A stretch of 64,000 nt of DNA from Camelus dromedarius (GCF_036321535.1 NC_087472.1:99636001-99700000); one strand, 5' to 3'. Shown: positions 14,823-28,115, counted from the stretch's first letter. Notes: a model not told the origin generated them from the sequence alone. Numbers and translations: made by a program.

Positions 14823-15729
14823 AGAATTTACTGCTTAAGACCTTAATCTAATGAGATACTGGCATGGCCACTAACTAGCTGTGGGGCCATGGGTTAGTTT
14901 ATTGGTCTCTTCTAGCCTCAGGTTCTTGACTTACGATGAAATGGGGCTAATAACAGAGACTCCTCACAAGGTTGACAGGAGGATTATATGAGGTAGGCAT
15001 GGGAAGCGCTTAGCACGGCGTCTCGCACGTAACTGTGCTCCATGAGATCGGGGTGTCGTCGTCGTCATCTGTGCACTGAGTACAAGGCCGAGACCAGATG
15101 TCTGGGCGGAAAAACTTTTTTTCTACGTAATATGCATTTGTATCAGTATACTAATATTGTTGTACACTGGGTGCTTTCAAGGACATAGTGACCTATTGAG
15201 ATATGCTTTCTCTAACGTATAATCCAAGTCTAACATCGAAAAGTACCGTAAATGGAAGTGTAAGACTGGACCATGAGGCCAGAGGTAAGCAAACAGTGAC
15301 TTCTGGCTGGAGGACTGGAGACAGTCTGTGCTTGTGTGAGCCGCCACAGTCACTGGCACTCGGGTGCCCTGTGCTCAGCAGGACAGCACTGCCAGGTTCT
15401 CAGCAAGTAGTTACCGCAGGCCCATCTTCGCCACGCTTTCCAGCTTCTGCACAGGAATGGCGCTGCCTTTTCTCCCACTTAGGGCTTAATTTATATACTG
15501 AAATTCTTAAAGTATACAGTTGTGCCCTACTCAGCGGCCTGCAGCTGGTGGCCTTCCTTTCCCTCTTCCTGTGAGGTGTGTCAGACTCTCCTCCTAGGTC
15601 CTGGTTCTCATTGTTCTAGCTGAGCTTTTTCTTCCCACTTTGGGCAGTTAGCATTTTTCCACAGAAGACACCAGAGAATAGAGGGACACTCTTATTTTTT
15701 GCCCTCTACCCCTCTTTGGCACTCACTGC

Positions 15730-15895
15730 TAAATGAAATAAAATTCAAAATTTAGCTCCTAGCCACATTTTAAGTTGCACTAGCCACATTTTAAGTGCTC
15801 ACTGGCTCCATGTGGCTAGTGGCTGCAGTGTTGCACAGCACAGACACAGAACATTCCCGTCATTGCAGGAAATTCCGTGGGGCAGTGTTGGTCTC
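15730..15895. mobile_element. MER3-like hAT element with a small internal duplication
   Basis: ctagccacattttaagt present twice; gtggctagtggctgcagtgttgcacagcacag...aacattcc. Confidence 0.7.
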
Positions 15896-16179
15896 GAGAT
15901 TGTCTTACAGTCGCAGGCTGTTTAATAGAGAGGCAAGCATAGGTGTTCATCCTCGCTGCGATGGTTTTGATAACTTCTTCCAAATGACCAAGTTGGATGT
16001 ATAAGCGTTAAATCTAGCTGCCTAGTCAGTTGAAACCTGACTAATGTAATTAAAATGTTTTCACCTCAAATTTGTAATGTAAAAAGGATGTTCACTTTCT
16101 GAAGACTTTTTTGTACTCCCTTATTACTTTGATGCAGATATCAAGTATAGGTTCTTAGATAAGAGGGCTCTGACTTTTT

Positions 16180-16900
16180 TTGAATTGTTTTTTATTGTGG
16201 TGAAACATACATAACATAAACTGTGATGTTTTAACCATTTTTAAGTGTACAGTTCAGTGACATTAAGTGCATTCACAGTATTGTATAACTGTCATCATTA
16301 TCAATTTCTAGAACTTTTTCATCATCTCAGACAGAAACTCTGTAACCATTAAATAACAACTCCCCATTTTTCCCTCCCCCTGGTCCCTGGTAACCGATAT
16401 TCTCTGTCTCTATTTTACCTTTTCCTGTTGTAGATACATCCTCATTGTAAGTGGAATCATACAATATTTATCCTTTTTTGATTGGGTTATTTCACTTAGT
16501 ATAATATCCTCAGGGTTCATCCATGTTGAAGCATGGATCTGAATTTCATTCCTTTTTTAGGGCTGAATAATGTTCCACTGTATGTATAGACCTCATTTTG
16601 TTAATCTCTTCATCTGTTGATGGGCACTTGGGTTACTCCCACCTTTTGACTGTTGTGAATTATGCTGCTGTGAACGTAAGTGTACAGAGATCTGTTTGAG
16701 TCCCTGCTTTCAGTTCTTTGGGGCATATACCCAGAAGTGGTATTGCTGGGTCATATGTTAATTCTGCTTCTTGAAACAGTGGGAAAATTATTTTTGAGGT
16801 ATATGATGCATATAACAAATTTCAACCTTATAAAGTGTACAGTTCAGTGGTTTTTAGTATGTTCACAAGGTTGTACAGTCATCCGCACTAGTCACTGATT
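16180..16900 (-). mobile_element. L1MB-like 3' fragments
   Basis: ttttaagtgtacagttcagtgacattaag...gttcatccatgttg...catatacccagaagtggtattgctgggtcatatg. Confidence 0.88.
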
Positions 16901-17599
16901 TTTATAGCCCCTTAGGAACCAGAGGGAGAGAGAATCTTGAAGGTGGCTAGAGTGTAAGGAAGGGACCTTTCAGGGTTTGTGTGAGACTGTTTTAAAAAGA
17001 AGGATATTTGTAACAAATCCTTGAAATGCCATGCAGGCTTTAACTGGAATACCTGGCCCACTGCAAGGCTTTAAGATGGAAATTCAGAAAGGCTCCCCTG
17101 CTACCTGACATATTTTCAGCTACTTATGAGGCCTTGTTTTATGGAACAGGGTGTTGAATAACCTCACAAATGGGTCAGACTCCTCAGGATGCTCTGGAAG
17201 CCTGGTTCTGTAGGATCAGGAAGGCTTTTACATGGCTTCTTTCTGTTTCCTTGCACCTCCTGTGTTTGCTTTGTTTGCTTTGTCAGATGTCCTTTCCTGG
17301 CTTGGAACTGGTTTTATTCCTCCTCTGGTTCTGATCTCAAATCCCGCAACTGCTTGTGTTTCCAAACATAAAGTGGATTGTTTATAATAAATGCCTTTAA
17401 TATTTGATTTTTAGATTGCAGATGCTCTGCTTTGAAGCAAATAATAAAACTCATCTACTTTTGTTACTATGTGCCATTCATACATACCAGGGTGCTCAGG
17501 TTTTCACTCGTTCTGGCCGTGTACTTGTGGTTTTAATATTTTATGCTCTAGGGATGGTTTTATTGTGGTTTTCTGATACTCTGCCAGCTTTTCTTCTTT

Positions 17600-17810
17600 T
17601 TTTGTATACCGTACAATTTGCCCATTCACAGTGTACAGTTCAGTGATTTTTAGCATATTCACAGAGTTGTGCAGTGTACAACCAATACCACAATCAATTC
17701 CAGAATATTTTTATACCCCCAAAAAGAAACCACACACCCATTGGCAGTCACTCCCCATTTTCTCCCAACCCCCAGCCCTAGGCAACCTAGCTGCTAATTT
17801 ACTCCATGTC
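17600..17810 (-). mobile_element. L1MB-like 3' end fragment
   Basis: gtgtacagttcagtgatttttagcatattcacagagttgtgc...cccagccctaggcaacc. Confidence 0.8.
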
Positions 17811-18134
17811 TACATATTTGGGGCCAGCTTCTTAGATCCTTGTTTAACAGTGATTTTCCCCCCTAAACTATAGTGTAAGCCACCCACTCTGCTTTCCTTC
17901 CCTGTTACATTCTTATCGTTTTCCTCCCTTCCTTCCCTCCTTCCTTTCCTTTCCTCTTCTTATATTAGCAGGTTAGCTATAAATCCCATTTAAATACCTC
18001 TCAAAGTGGATGGGTTGGTGGATGGGGCACAGCTGCAGGAATTCATCCAACAGATGGACAGATAGCCATTGTTGAGCCCTGGAACGCCCTCCTAAGTCAC
18101 CTGCCTTCATTCTGTTACTCTGAGGCTGGATTTC

Positions 18135-18480
18135 TTTTTTTTTCCCCAGGTTTATTGAGAAGTAATTGACATACATCACTGTATGTATGTGTTAAGTTTA
18201 AGGTGTACAGTGTGATGGTTTGATTTATATATGTAATGAAGTGGTTACCACAGTAGGTTCAGCTAACATCCATCTTCTCATATAGATAGAATAAAAACAG
18301 GGGAAAAATTTTCTCCTTGTGATGACAACTCATAGGATTTACTCTCTTAACAACTTTCCTATGTAACGTACAGCAGTATTAGTTACAGTCATCGTGTTGT
18401 ATGTTACCTTCCTAGTACTTACTTATCTTATAACTAGAAGTTTGTACCTTTTGACCACCTTCCTCACGTTTCCCCTTCCA
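18135..18480 (-). mobile_element. L1MA9-like 3' UTR
   Basis: Poly-T followed by gtttattgagaagtaattgacatac...ttataactagaagtttgtaccttttgacc. Confidence 0.8.
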
Positions 18481-18710
18481 GGTGGACTTTCTTTTCTGTG
18501 GCTGGGCTATGGGGACCTTGAGTGCTAGGCCAGTCAGAGCCGCAGGGCTGGAAGCCGCTCTGGGATTAACCGACCATCCTGTGTGAGTAACTGCTGGAAA
18601 TGAAATCAAGTGCAGTTTCTAGATGTGTAAATTCAGTCACTTGTTTCTTCTCTGACAGAAACAGTATTTGTTAGTCACTAATAGTAGAGCAGTTTCAAAA
18701 TCTGCAAATA

Positions 18711-18948
18711 CAGTTGACCCTTGAACAAGGCAGGGGTTAGTCCTCACAGTCAAAAACCCACATATAGCTTATAGTCATCCCTCGGTATGCATGGTTCTTC
18801 CCTGCATGTGGTTCCTCTGTATACGCGCTTCCACATCTGCAGATCCAACTAACAAGGGATCATGTAGTACCGTACTATTTACTACCGAAAAAAATCTGCT
18901 TCTAAGTGGGCTTGCGTAGATCTAACTTGTGTTGTTCAGGGTGAACCG
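18711..18948. mobile_element. MER8 (Tigger2-derived MITE)
   Basis: TIRs cagttgacccttgaacaa ... ttgttcagggtgaaccg, with TA on both sides. Confidence 0.85.
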
Positions 18949-19049
18949 TATCAGTATGTAGTGTGCTAATTGCTGTTACTTGCAGTAAGAATATATAGGT
19001 TGCACTTGGATGTAAGTAGTTTTTTCATTCAGTATAGCTTTTTGCTTAC

Positions 19050-19620
19050 GTTTGTAGCCAGATGCCTTGATTTTGAATCCTGGTTCTGCTGCCTTTATTA
19101 CCTAGGTGATCTTGGGCAAGTCACTTCACCTTCCTGGAAGCCTCCTCTCCTCTGTGGAAGGGGAGAGTAATAAATCCAACTGCACAGGTTGTTGTGAGAT
19201 TTAAATAAGAGAATGTGGAGATTTCTGGTCAAGACGGTGGAGTAGTAGGACCACGAGCTCGCCTCCTCTCATGATCACAGCAAAACCACAAGTGGCTGCT
19301 AAACAACCATCAGTTTTAAAAGACTGGAACATAGCAAAAAAGATCTTCATCTGGAAACATAGGGAATCACAGCAGGATGATAAACAGGTTTCTTCTGTGA
19401 AGCACAGGGAACTATATTCAATATCTTGTAGTAACTTATAATGAAAATGAATATGAAAAGGAATATACGTGTGTATGTGTATTACTGAAACATCATACTG
19501 TGCACCAGAAATTGACACAACGCTTTAAACTGACTAGACTTCAATAAATAAGAGAATGTGTGCAAAGCACTTAATACAGCACCTGGTGGAGAGTAAGAGC
19601 TATGTAAATGTTAGCTAGTA
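19050..19620 (+). mobile_element. MIR split by the 19218-19544 insertion
   Basis: Left piece gtgatcttgggcaagtcacttcacc...ggttgttgtgagatttaaata; right piece tgcaaagcacttaatacagcacctgg...taaatgttagcta; the two are collinear with the MIR consensus. Confidence 0.85.
19218..19544 (+). mobile_element. Bipartite mini-L1 (5' UTR start joined to 3' UTR end) with 15-16 bp TSD
   Basis: TAAATAAGAGAATGTG at 19202-19217 and 19545-19560; YY1-like CAAGACGGTG at 19230; 3' half agcacagggaactatattcaatatcttgtag...gacttcaat is a cetartiodactyl L1 terminus. Confidence 0.8.
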
Positions 19621-21714
19621 TAAGAGGGCATATTTTATTGTGTGCCTGCTGTATACAAGGCACCAGGCTAGGTTTTGCAGGGATAAGCCAAAGCCTTGTG
19701 AATGGAATCCGAGCTCTGTTGATGTTGCAGTCGTGCCTCAGCTTGGCAGTTAACACTGGGGAAGCAGAGGCTGGTGGCGTTCACATTTTACTCATCTCTT
19801 TAGACTATAAATTTATTAAATAATTTTCAGGACATACTATGTTTCATTATAAACATCAACATAGGAAAGATTTGGCTAAGTTTAGGTTCTTGCTGGAAGT
19901 TGTAGATATTTTAATTTCTTGTGGGCAAATTAAAACATTTTATCATTTACTGTTGGCCACTGGTAGCTTAATCAAGGCAAACCATCTTCCTCAGAATAAA
20001 TAACCTTGACAAAAAGGCTAGTCAGGGTCCTACTTAATGAATGTACTAATTCATTTCGGTGTTGAGCCGGGGCAGTGTTGGCTTGCAGCACGCTGTCTGT
20101 CTCCCGTCCAGCCACACCTCCCGCTGCTGCGATACAGCAAGTGCCGGCAGGCCCTCTCTGTGGAATTTCTCAGGCACGTGAGAGAGAAGCATGGTGTACC
20201 CTCAGGACAAGATCTGTCCTGCCTTTCCTTGTGTACTTTGGTTGAGAGAAATAGAATAAGCTCCTATTTGGGGAGGAAGTTTGGGGTTTTGTTTATTTCT
20301 TAGAAAATGGTGGGCGTACTCATAGTACAAGCTTTGTATCAGTTTTAGGCTAGGAGGACCACTTTTGAGCTGACTCTAGATGTCAGAGGGTCAGCTGGAG
20401 TCTGTGCAGGCTCGGCCTTCAGCCCCCCAGGAGGATAGGGGGCAGGAGGCGGGTGGCAGGAGCCAGGCCTTGGAGCACCTCCCAGAGGCATCATCACATG
20501 TAGCCTCAGGCCCTTGTGTTGTCTTGGAAGAAAGTCTTTCAGGCCTTCATGTTCCCATCAGTAAAATGGGATGAGTGATACCTACTTCTTGGGGTTGTAT
20601 TAAGGACTAGAAAAATACATCTGAGGCACGTAGCACACTGCCTTCCGTGGGTCAGAGCTGATGAGTAGCCATTCTAGGCCTGGAGGAGACCAGCGAGTTT
20701 GCTTTGTGGCACCTTCAGATGAGCACAAAGACCAGGCCAGTCAGTTTGTTTTGGTCAAAATAGCATCCCTCAGTTATTTCATCCAGGGAGAGGGAAAAAA
20801 AGCACGTGTGACACGTATGCTGACGCTCCTCTGTCCCATCCGCTCCATGCCAGACTCAGTTCATCACCTGGAAGTTGCCTCGACTTTCTTCCAACACCAC
20901 GCTCTGGACAGACGTTGCCAGTCGGTCAGGGTCAGTAGGAGTGACACAGCCAGGTTGTCTTCCCTGCAGCACGTTGTGTGGGTGAGGCTGCTGACCTGCA
21001 CCCTGACTCTTCCATGGCGGTGCCTTTGAACATCCTGTCTAAACATGAGCCTGGCGGAATCACAGTCCTGTAACTGTCTTTGCTCTGTTTTACAGCAGCT
21101 GGTCTTTTCTACACGTCACCTGTGTTAGTCCTCGTTTTTTTTCTAGCTTCTATTTCAGCGGCATCTCTTTTAGTGTAAAAATCCCCAGAAGGCATTTCTA
21201 CAAATGGCCTTGACAGAACCTAAGGACATGTGCTTAAAAGAAGCTCTTGGTCCACTCTGCAAACATTAATTGAGTGCCTGACATGTGCCAACCGGTGATG
21301 TGTGGCAGATACAACATAGCCCTAGTTTTCCAGAGCTCAGTCTGCAAAAGATCAAAAGTGGACAAACCGTTCTTTTATTTAGTCCTTCCCTCCACCTGTG
21401 GCAAAGGCAGAACTCAATTTACAAGGAAAACGGAGGCTGGGAGAGCTGTTTCAGTTTACTAAGCAGCTAGTGCATGGGGCCAGAATCGTTTTTAGCAGCA
21501 TGCTGGTATGGGCTTTGGCTTGGGACAACCCCTTGCTGGCCAGCAGTGGGGCATCCACACAGGAGGATGGACAGTGAGGCGGGCTGCTGACTGTCTCCCC
21601 AGCAGCCATTCTTTCCTTCCTACAGAGCTGGGCTGTTGGGTGGTCAGTGCTGGGGCCAGGCTTTGAGTCACTTCAGGCCTAAGTCATTCTTGGTGCCCCA
21701 TTCCCCTTTGCCAT

Positions 21715-22030
21715 GTGTTCACTCTCCTGGCCTTCCTTGCAGCCATGTGACCCGGTACCAGCCAAGGAGACTTCTGGGGAAGACCATTGGGGATCTTTTT
21801 GGCACCAAAGGGAAATGAGCATGAGGAGAGAGCCCCTGCCTCCCTATTTTGGCTCCTCCCCTCTCCATCCCACTTTGTCTGCTCTCTTGTAAGAAGGTGA
21901 TGCTGGAGCCATGGCAGCATCTTGTAATCAGGAGGGGAGCCACACTGAATAGAGAAGCAAAAGGGTCTTGGGTCCTTTATCTTCCAACCGCTGGAGTCTT
22001 CCACCCAGGACTCTCTTCCTGAGCACCTCT
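21715..22030 (+). mobile_element. MLT1J/K-like LTR fragment
   Basis: gccatgtgacccggtaccagccaa; gtgatgctggagccatggcagcatcttg. Confidence 0.55.
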
Positions 22031-22072
22031 TGATAAACGGGATCACGAATGGCTTTGTGGTGAAAGCAGTTT

Positions 22073-22265
22073 AAGCCTGGGCTTCTCAGAGCGTGTGGTG
22101 TATGGATGGCGACATCATCACCACCCGGGAGCTTGTCCGAAAGGTAAACTCACGGGCCCCACCCAGCCCAACTGAATCAGAGTCTTTGGGTGGGGAGGGT
22201 CGGCATTTTTGTTTTCAGAAGACCTCCAGGTGATTCTGACGTAAGCTCAAGTTTGTGAGCCACTG
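22073..22265. mobile_element. MER5A (hAT-Charlie)
   Basis: gggccccacccag...actgaatcaga...ctccaggtgattctga...aagtttgtgagccactg. Confidence 0.8.
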
Positions 22266-23559
22266 ATTTAAGTCATTGTAGCCTTCCTAAAACTGATCCT
22301 GGCCAGGTCGATAAGGAAAGAGCTGCCATTTACCAGTCAGTTCTCTGTGTCCAAATGAGGACCGGCTTTGCCTGTTGGCAGCCAAGTTATGCCAGTGGCG
22401 GTGACACAGATCTGTTGACTCAGTGGTTTGGATGATACTTTTTCCAGGGGAGACCAGTCAGACCTGCCTGGGTTCTGGGGTGTCAGTGTCTGGGTCTACA
22501 GGCACCTGTCTGAGCCCAGCCGAGCCCTCACGCCCTGCCACTCCCTGAGGAGCCCTGGAAGTGTTTGGCCCTCAGAACTGAACGTGACAGGTAGAGGTAT
22601 TTGTTTTTCCCTGAGTAAAAGAATTCTTTTTTTCAATCAATAAAGGGGGTGCTGGAGAAGACACCAGACTTAAAGGTCTCACAGATATGAGAATGGAATG
22701 GTATCTGAGGTGTTCAGGTGACATGTACTTCCTGGGAGCCTGCCCTGGGCTGAAAGCTGGGAGAACAGTAGTGGGCTAGACTGTTACAACTGCAGGGATG
22801 GTGGGGGCTGGGGCTGAGTGCACACAGACTTCTCCTTCTTAGGGTACTCGGGTAAATCAGGGAATGCTTCCTGGAGGAAGTGGCTACTCAGCCGACAGTA
22901 CTCAGAGTGTGTGTGCTGGGGTAGGGGAGAGGGCGTTCTGGGCAGGGAGCAGATCTTGTGCAAAGAGCTGGAGGTGAGAGAGACCCTGGCTCCTTGAAGC
23001 TGGAGACAGGAGCTCGGTGTGGCAGGAGGGTAGAGTCCCCTGGGAAACGGTCCTGTTCGAGCTCTCAGACCCAGGGACACATCTGAGAAACAGGTTGAGA
23101 TGTAGACAGAAGGATATTTAAATGATTTATTAATGTGAACTGTGCTCTCATTGTCTTAAATGGAAATGATTTATTTACTGCTTTTTATTATGGCCCATTA
23201 AATACTGCTTGGACGAAGCAGGCCATGTCACAAACACTGCTTTCATGTCCCTCCCTGTCCCACCCTGTTCCCTCTGCGATTTATTGTTAGGTAAATATTG
23301 ATATATACCATTCCTGTGAGCAGAGGCACTTGCTGACTATTTATTTGGGACCTTCATAAAGCTTCTTTATCTCACCAGGCCTCCCTTTTCTGCTGCTATG
23401 AAGTGAACTAAAACAGTATTTCTCTCATGTGTCCGTCCAGTCGTAGCAATGAACCATCTGGGCTGCTTGTTATAAATTCAGGTTCTCTGCCACCTCCTGG
23501 GAGATATCAGTTCACCAGGTCTGAGGAGGCAGTTTGGGAATCTGTATATTTTAAATTAA

Positions 23560-25090
23560 TTTTATGGAATGTGTGTGTGTATGTAAAATTTATGTACATA
23601 CTTGGGCATAAATTGTATGTATAATTTCTATACAAGAAATGCACCCATCTTAAGTGTACTGATAGATGTGCCTTGATGAATGTACACACTCCCACAATCA
23701 CCACCACAATCGGAATACAGACCAGACCATTCCCGTCACAGCCCCTTGCAGACGTGCCCCACCCTCCGCCCGTGGCAGACACTGAGCTGCTTTCTGTTGC
23801 TATAGATTAGTTTTCCCACTCTAAACATTTCGCATCAGTGGAATCACATAGAGTGTACTCTTCTCTTTGGCCTCTTTCACTCAGTATGTTTTTGAGATTC
23901 ATCCGTGTTGTGTGTGTAAAAGTAATTCATTCCTTTTATTGCTGAAGACTAGTTCTCTCACTTAGAATGTACGAGTGTTTTTGCTGCTTTGCCGTTTTAG
24001 CCATTCTCTTGTTGGTGGACAGTTGGTTTGTTTCCAATTTTTGGCAGTTATGGACAGAGATCTGTGAACATTCACGTGCACACGGCTTTGTGGGCATACA
24101 TTTGCATTTCTCCCGGGTAAATCCCTGGGAGTGGGATTGCTGGGTCATATGATAAGTGAATGCTCTAACTGGGAAAAGAGTGGCCGCACTCTTTTCCTAG
24201 GTGGTTGTACCAGTTTACATTCTCACCTGCAGTGTAGGAGAGTTCTGGTTGCTTTGCATCCATGCCGGCACTTGGTATGGTCAATTTTTTTGTTGGATTT
24301 AAATTTTTTTTTTTTTTTGCCATTCCAGTGGTTGTATAATGGTTTGTTAGTTGTGGTTTTGCTTTGCGTTTTCCTGATGATTGAAGATACTGAGTATCTT
24401 TTCACGGGTTTCTTGGCATGTGAAATGTCTGTTTATACATCTTTTGCCCTTTTTTTTATTGAGTTGTTTACATATTTAGCTGTAAGAATTTTTTATTTGC
24501 TTATATTTTATTTCAGACTCTATTCACAAGTAAGATTGGTCAATAGTTGTCTTTTTATGTTAAACTGAAGTGTTTTTTTTTAATAATTTTTTATTATAGT
24601 CTGAATACAAGTTCTTTGTCAGACATCTGTGTTGTGAATATTTTCTCTTTGTCTGGTTTGCCTTTTCATTTTCTTAACAGTGTCTTTTGAAGACCAGAAG
24701 GTTTAAATTTTGATGAGGTTTGATTTATCAATTTTTTTCTTTTAAAGTTTGAGCTTTCTGTGTTCTGAGAAATCCTTGTGTACCCCAAGGTCATGAATAT
24801 TTTCTCCTATGTTTTCTTCTAGAAGTTTTACAGGTCCATCTTGAGCTAATTTTTATATATGATGTGAGGTATATGGATCAAGGTTCTTTTTTTTTTTTGC
24901 ATATGGATGTCCACTTGTTCCAGCACCATTTGTTGACAAGACTTCTTTTCCCATTGTATTATCTTGACACCCTTTGTCAGATATTCGACTGCTCATATCT
25001 ATGTGGGTCTATTTCTGGACTCTCCATTGTGTCCTGTTGATCTATATGTCTGTCCTTACTCCAGCACCACACTGTCTTGATTACAGGAAT
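23560..25090 (-). mobile_element. Old L1 (L1M) ORF2 end and 3' UTR, about 1.5 kb
   Basis: tttgagattcatccgtgttg...gggattgctgggtcatatg...ttttcttctagaagttttac...ttgttccagcaccatttgttg...gggtctatttctggactctc. Confidence 0.9.
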
Positions 25091-26369
25091 CTATATTTGT
25101 AAAAAAAAAAAAACCCCTTGAAGATTCTCAGAATCATGTCCACTTGGGAAACACTCTTATTAGATTTTTCTAAGGCTCCTTCCAGTGATGACAGTCTTAA
25201 GTCTGTGTATTCCTTCCAGCTCAGCCTCAGTTTGTACCTCAGCTCCAGTGGGGTCTACAGACCAGAAGAGCAGCATCACCCAGGAGGTTGTTCAAGATGC
25301 TGATTCTGGCCTTGCCCGAGACCTACTGAGTAGAACCTGCATTATAATGAGCTCCCCAGAGGGTTCCCATCAAGGTTGCATAGCAGTTCTCTAGCTGTCA
25401 TTACCCTGAAGCAGGGCTTTACAGATTTTTGGATCATTAATAATTCCACAGTTAGACACACATATTACAATGTACATATCGTTGTAGCTGAAACAGGTTT
25501 TTACAAAACAGTGCTTACTCTTCCTATTTGGTGCTTGCTTTTCTAGTCCTTTCCTCTCTGACCCTATTCCTCCTTCCCTCCCTTTCTTCCTATTACAGCT
25601 TTCTTCAGGTGTAGTTGATGTACTGTGAGCTTCACCTGCTCTAAGTGAACAGTTTGAGTTTATATGATTGTGCAGCTCTCTCCACATTCAGGTTTTAGAA
25701 CACTGTCCTTGTCCCACAATATTCCCTTCTGCCTCTTTACAGTCAATTCTACTCTATTTATTTTAAATACTGGTCGCTACCTACAATTTGCAAAGAGTCC
25801 CAGACTCAAGTTGGACCAGCAGTGTAGCAGCAATGCTCAGACTCGGCTAAAGTTGGCTTCTTATTGAGCCAAGGGCCCTGAGACATGACTTCCAAGCACA
25901 GAATTATTTTTACACTGAAAGTTATTTTTTAGTGTATTTCTGTCACATAATAATGCATCATATATTTACACAAGCTTTAATGTGTAGAATTTAGTTGCTG
26001 ATTCCATAAGTTAAAAGAATATTGGCCTTCTTAAACCCCTCAGTTCATTTCTCTATGTATTTTTGAGCCTGGACTGTCTGGTCATGAGTTATACCATGAC
26101 GGTTGCAGAGAGGTAAAAAGACCTCAAGTATTTTGCTTAGTCACATGTGTCCAAAATATTGTAATTTTTGAAAATACAGAGGGCTATATTTGTGGTTTTC
26201 TTGTCCAAGGCAGATTCTAAAAGTCCTTCAGGTGAGTTAGAAGCCCAGAGTTGAGTACATGTTGTAGGTTTCCATTGTGAATATAGAATATATTTTCCTC
26301 TGTGGTCAGTGCCTTTAAGGCAAGGCCTTGCCTTTCACCTCTAGGCAGCTGTCACCTCCCAAGTCTGTA

Positions 26370-26570
26370 CTCAGACCATGTGAATTTGCATCTCACCTCC
26401 ACCATTTACCAGTTGTGTGACCCCAGGAAAGTGTTTAACCTCTCAGTTTCCCTACCTGGAAAATGGGGACAATAATACTACTTACTTCATTGATTTTTTG
26501 GGAAAGTTCAGTGAATTTAGAGATGTGAAGTATTTAGGACCAGGCCTGGCATGACTGATGGTGGTTATCA
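26370..26570 (+). mobile_element. MIR SINE
   Basis: atttaccagttgtgtgacccc...ctcagtttccctacctggaaaatggggacaataata. Confidence 0.75.
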
Positions 26571-27940
26571 TCATCCATCATTAGTCTCTAGACTAGCTGT
26601 TATTGAAATCCCCCATTTAGTGCTTTTCCAAACTCCACAAATTCCTTAACAACCAAACTTAACACATCACTTTCTGTTTCTGTCACAAATGCCTATTTGT
26701 GTAGCATCTAGCTCTCTGGGCTAGAATTCATCCTTCCCTTTCTGTTCCACTTCTGTTGAAATCCCCAGGAACTCTCATCTGGATTATTCATTCACTGGGT
26801 AGCTCAAATGACGGGACAGGATTTCTGTGCGCCAGGCCCTGGAACCACCTGGGTGGGCTGAGAGGACAGGATTGGGTGCAGGGATGGCCTGAGCAGTGGG
26901 GATAGGGCTCTGAGAAGGACAAGGTGGTACCTCAGGGCTCCCTTGTATTTGAACTTTTACATGTTCCCAGTAGACGCCTCCCTGTGTCGAGTGAAGGTCT
27001 TAGAATGAAATGGACCAAATGGCTTGTTACCAGCTTGAATGATCACCTGGAGAAAAACTTCAGAAAGTGTTTTATCCCAATACCTGCTCTTTGTCTTTGT
27101 TTCATGTGTTTGGTGACCATCTCAGCTATGGTGTGTGTAGGACCATCATGCGCTGTCCTAAGCAGAGAACTCCAATTTTGAAACCTCAGGAAGTCGATAC
27201 TGAGCTCGATGAACGTACTCAGTGCTGTATTGATGAGTGAAACCTCGGGTTGCCTTGGGAACACAGACGACCTTCCTGTTACTATAAAAAGGGACGCAGT
27301 GGCTACAGTTGTGAGGCAACCTACATTTTACTGATTCTTTATGGTAAAAAAAAATGCCCAAAGAGAAATGCTTTATTTTTAAAAATAACTTTGATCAAAC
27401 ACCTAAGATATCTTTTTTTGTGCTGATCAAATCAAGTAAACCCACTTTTCAAATGCTTGTTGGATTTTACAGGAATCAAAGATGCTCCATCCATCTCCTT
27501 TCTCCCTTTCTTCCCCGTCCTCACACAAGTGGGCAGGATATTTGTTGTAATATACAGTGTAGGTTGTTTCCGTCAGCAGGGATTATGATTAAGGGTACGG
27601 TTTGTACTAAGGCCTTTAGGAGGGAACTTCTTTGCCCCGTCAGGCTGTGAAGGCCAGGTGAAGGCTCAGGGAGGCCCTCCCTGGGTAGCCTGTTGAGGGG
27701 GTGACCTGGCCATGGAAACCTCAGTCCGAGTCCCAAAGGCAACACATTGTTTTTGCCTCCACATTGTTCTGGATTTGCGCTGTGATTTCACTGTGCTGCC
27801 ATCCAGGAAAGTGGCACTGGGGCAGTTTGTTCCATAATGATTGTTATAAAACCCTTACCACTACTGTTAATGCCATGGTCCTACCTAGGGGAACAAATCA
27901 TGCCTGTTGATGCTGTCAAACACCTGTAAGATATTTCTTG

Positions 27941-28115
27941 TGTTTCTTTTCTTTTTTTTCAATTTTTTAATTACTGTATTATTTAATCATTTTTTTAAAT
28001 TTTGGTGGGGGGGAGGTAACTAAGTTTATTTATTTTTAGAGGAGGTCCTGGGAACTGAACCCAGGACCTCATTCATGCTAGGCAAGCGCTCTACCACTTG
28101 AGCTATACCCTCCCC
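27941..28115 (-). mobile_element. Camelid Vic-type tRNA(Ala)-derived SINE
   Basis: Reverse complement reads GGGGAGGGTATAGCTCAAGTGGTAGAGCG...GGTCCTGGGTTCAGTTCCCAG (A and B boxes), then TAAAAATAAATAAACTTAGTTACCTCCCCC and an A-rich tail; TATTTCTTG at 27932-27940 and 28116-28124. Confidence 0.85.

Noticed and set aside
24131..24568. Hydrophobic 145-aa ORF
   Set aside because: Antisense reading of a T-rich L1 fragment.
28040..28115. Possible tRNA-Ala gene
   Set aside because: It is the head of a SINE, with SINE body, A-rich tail and TSD; the acceptor stem is not intact.
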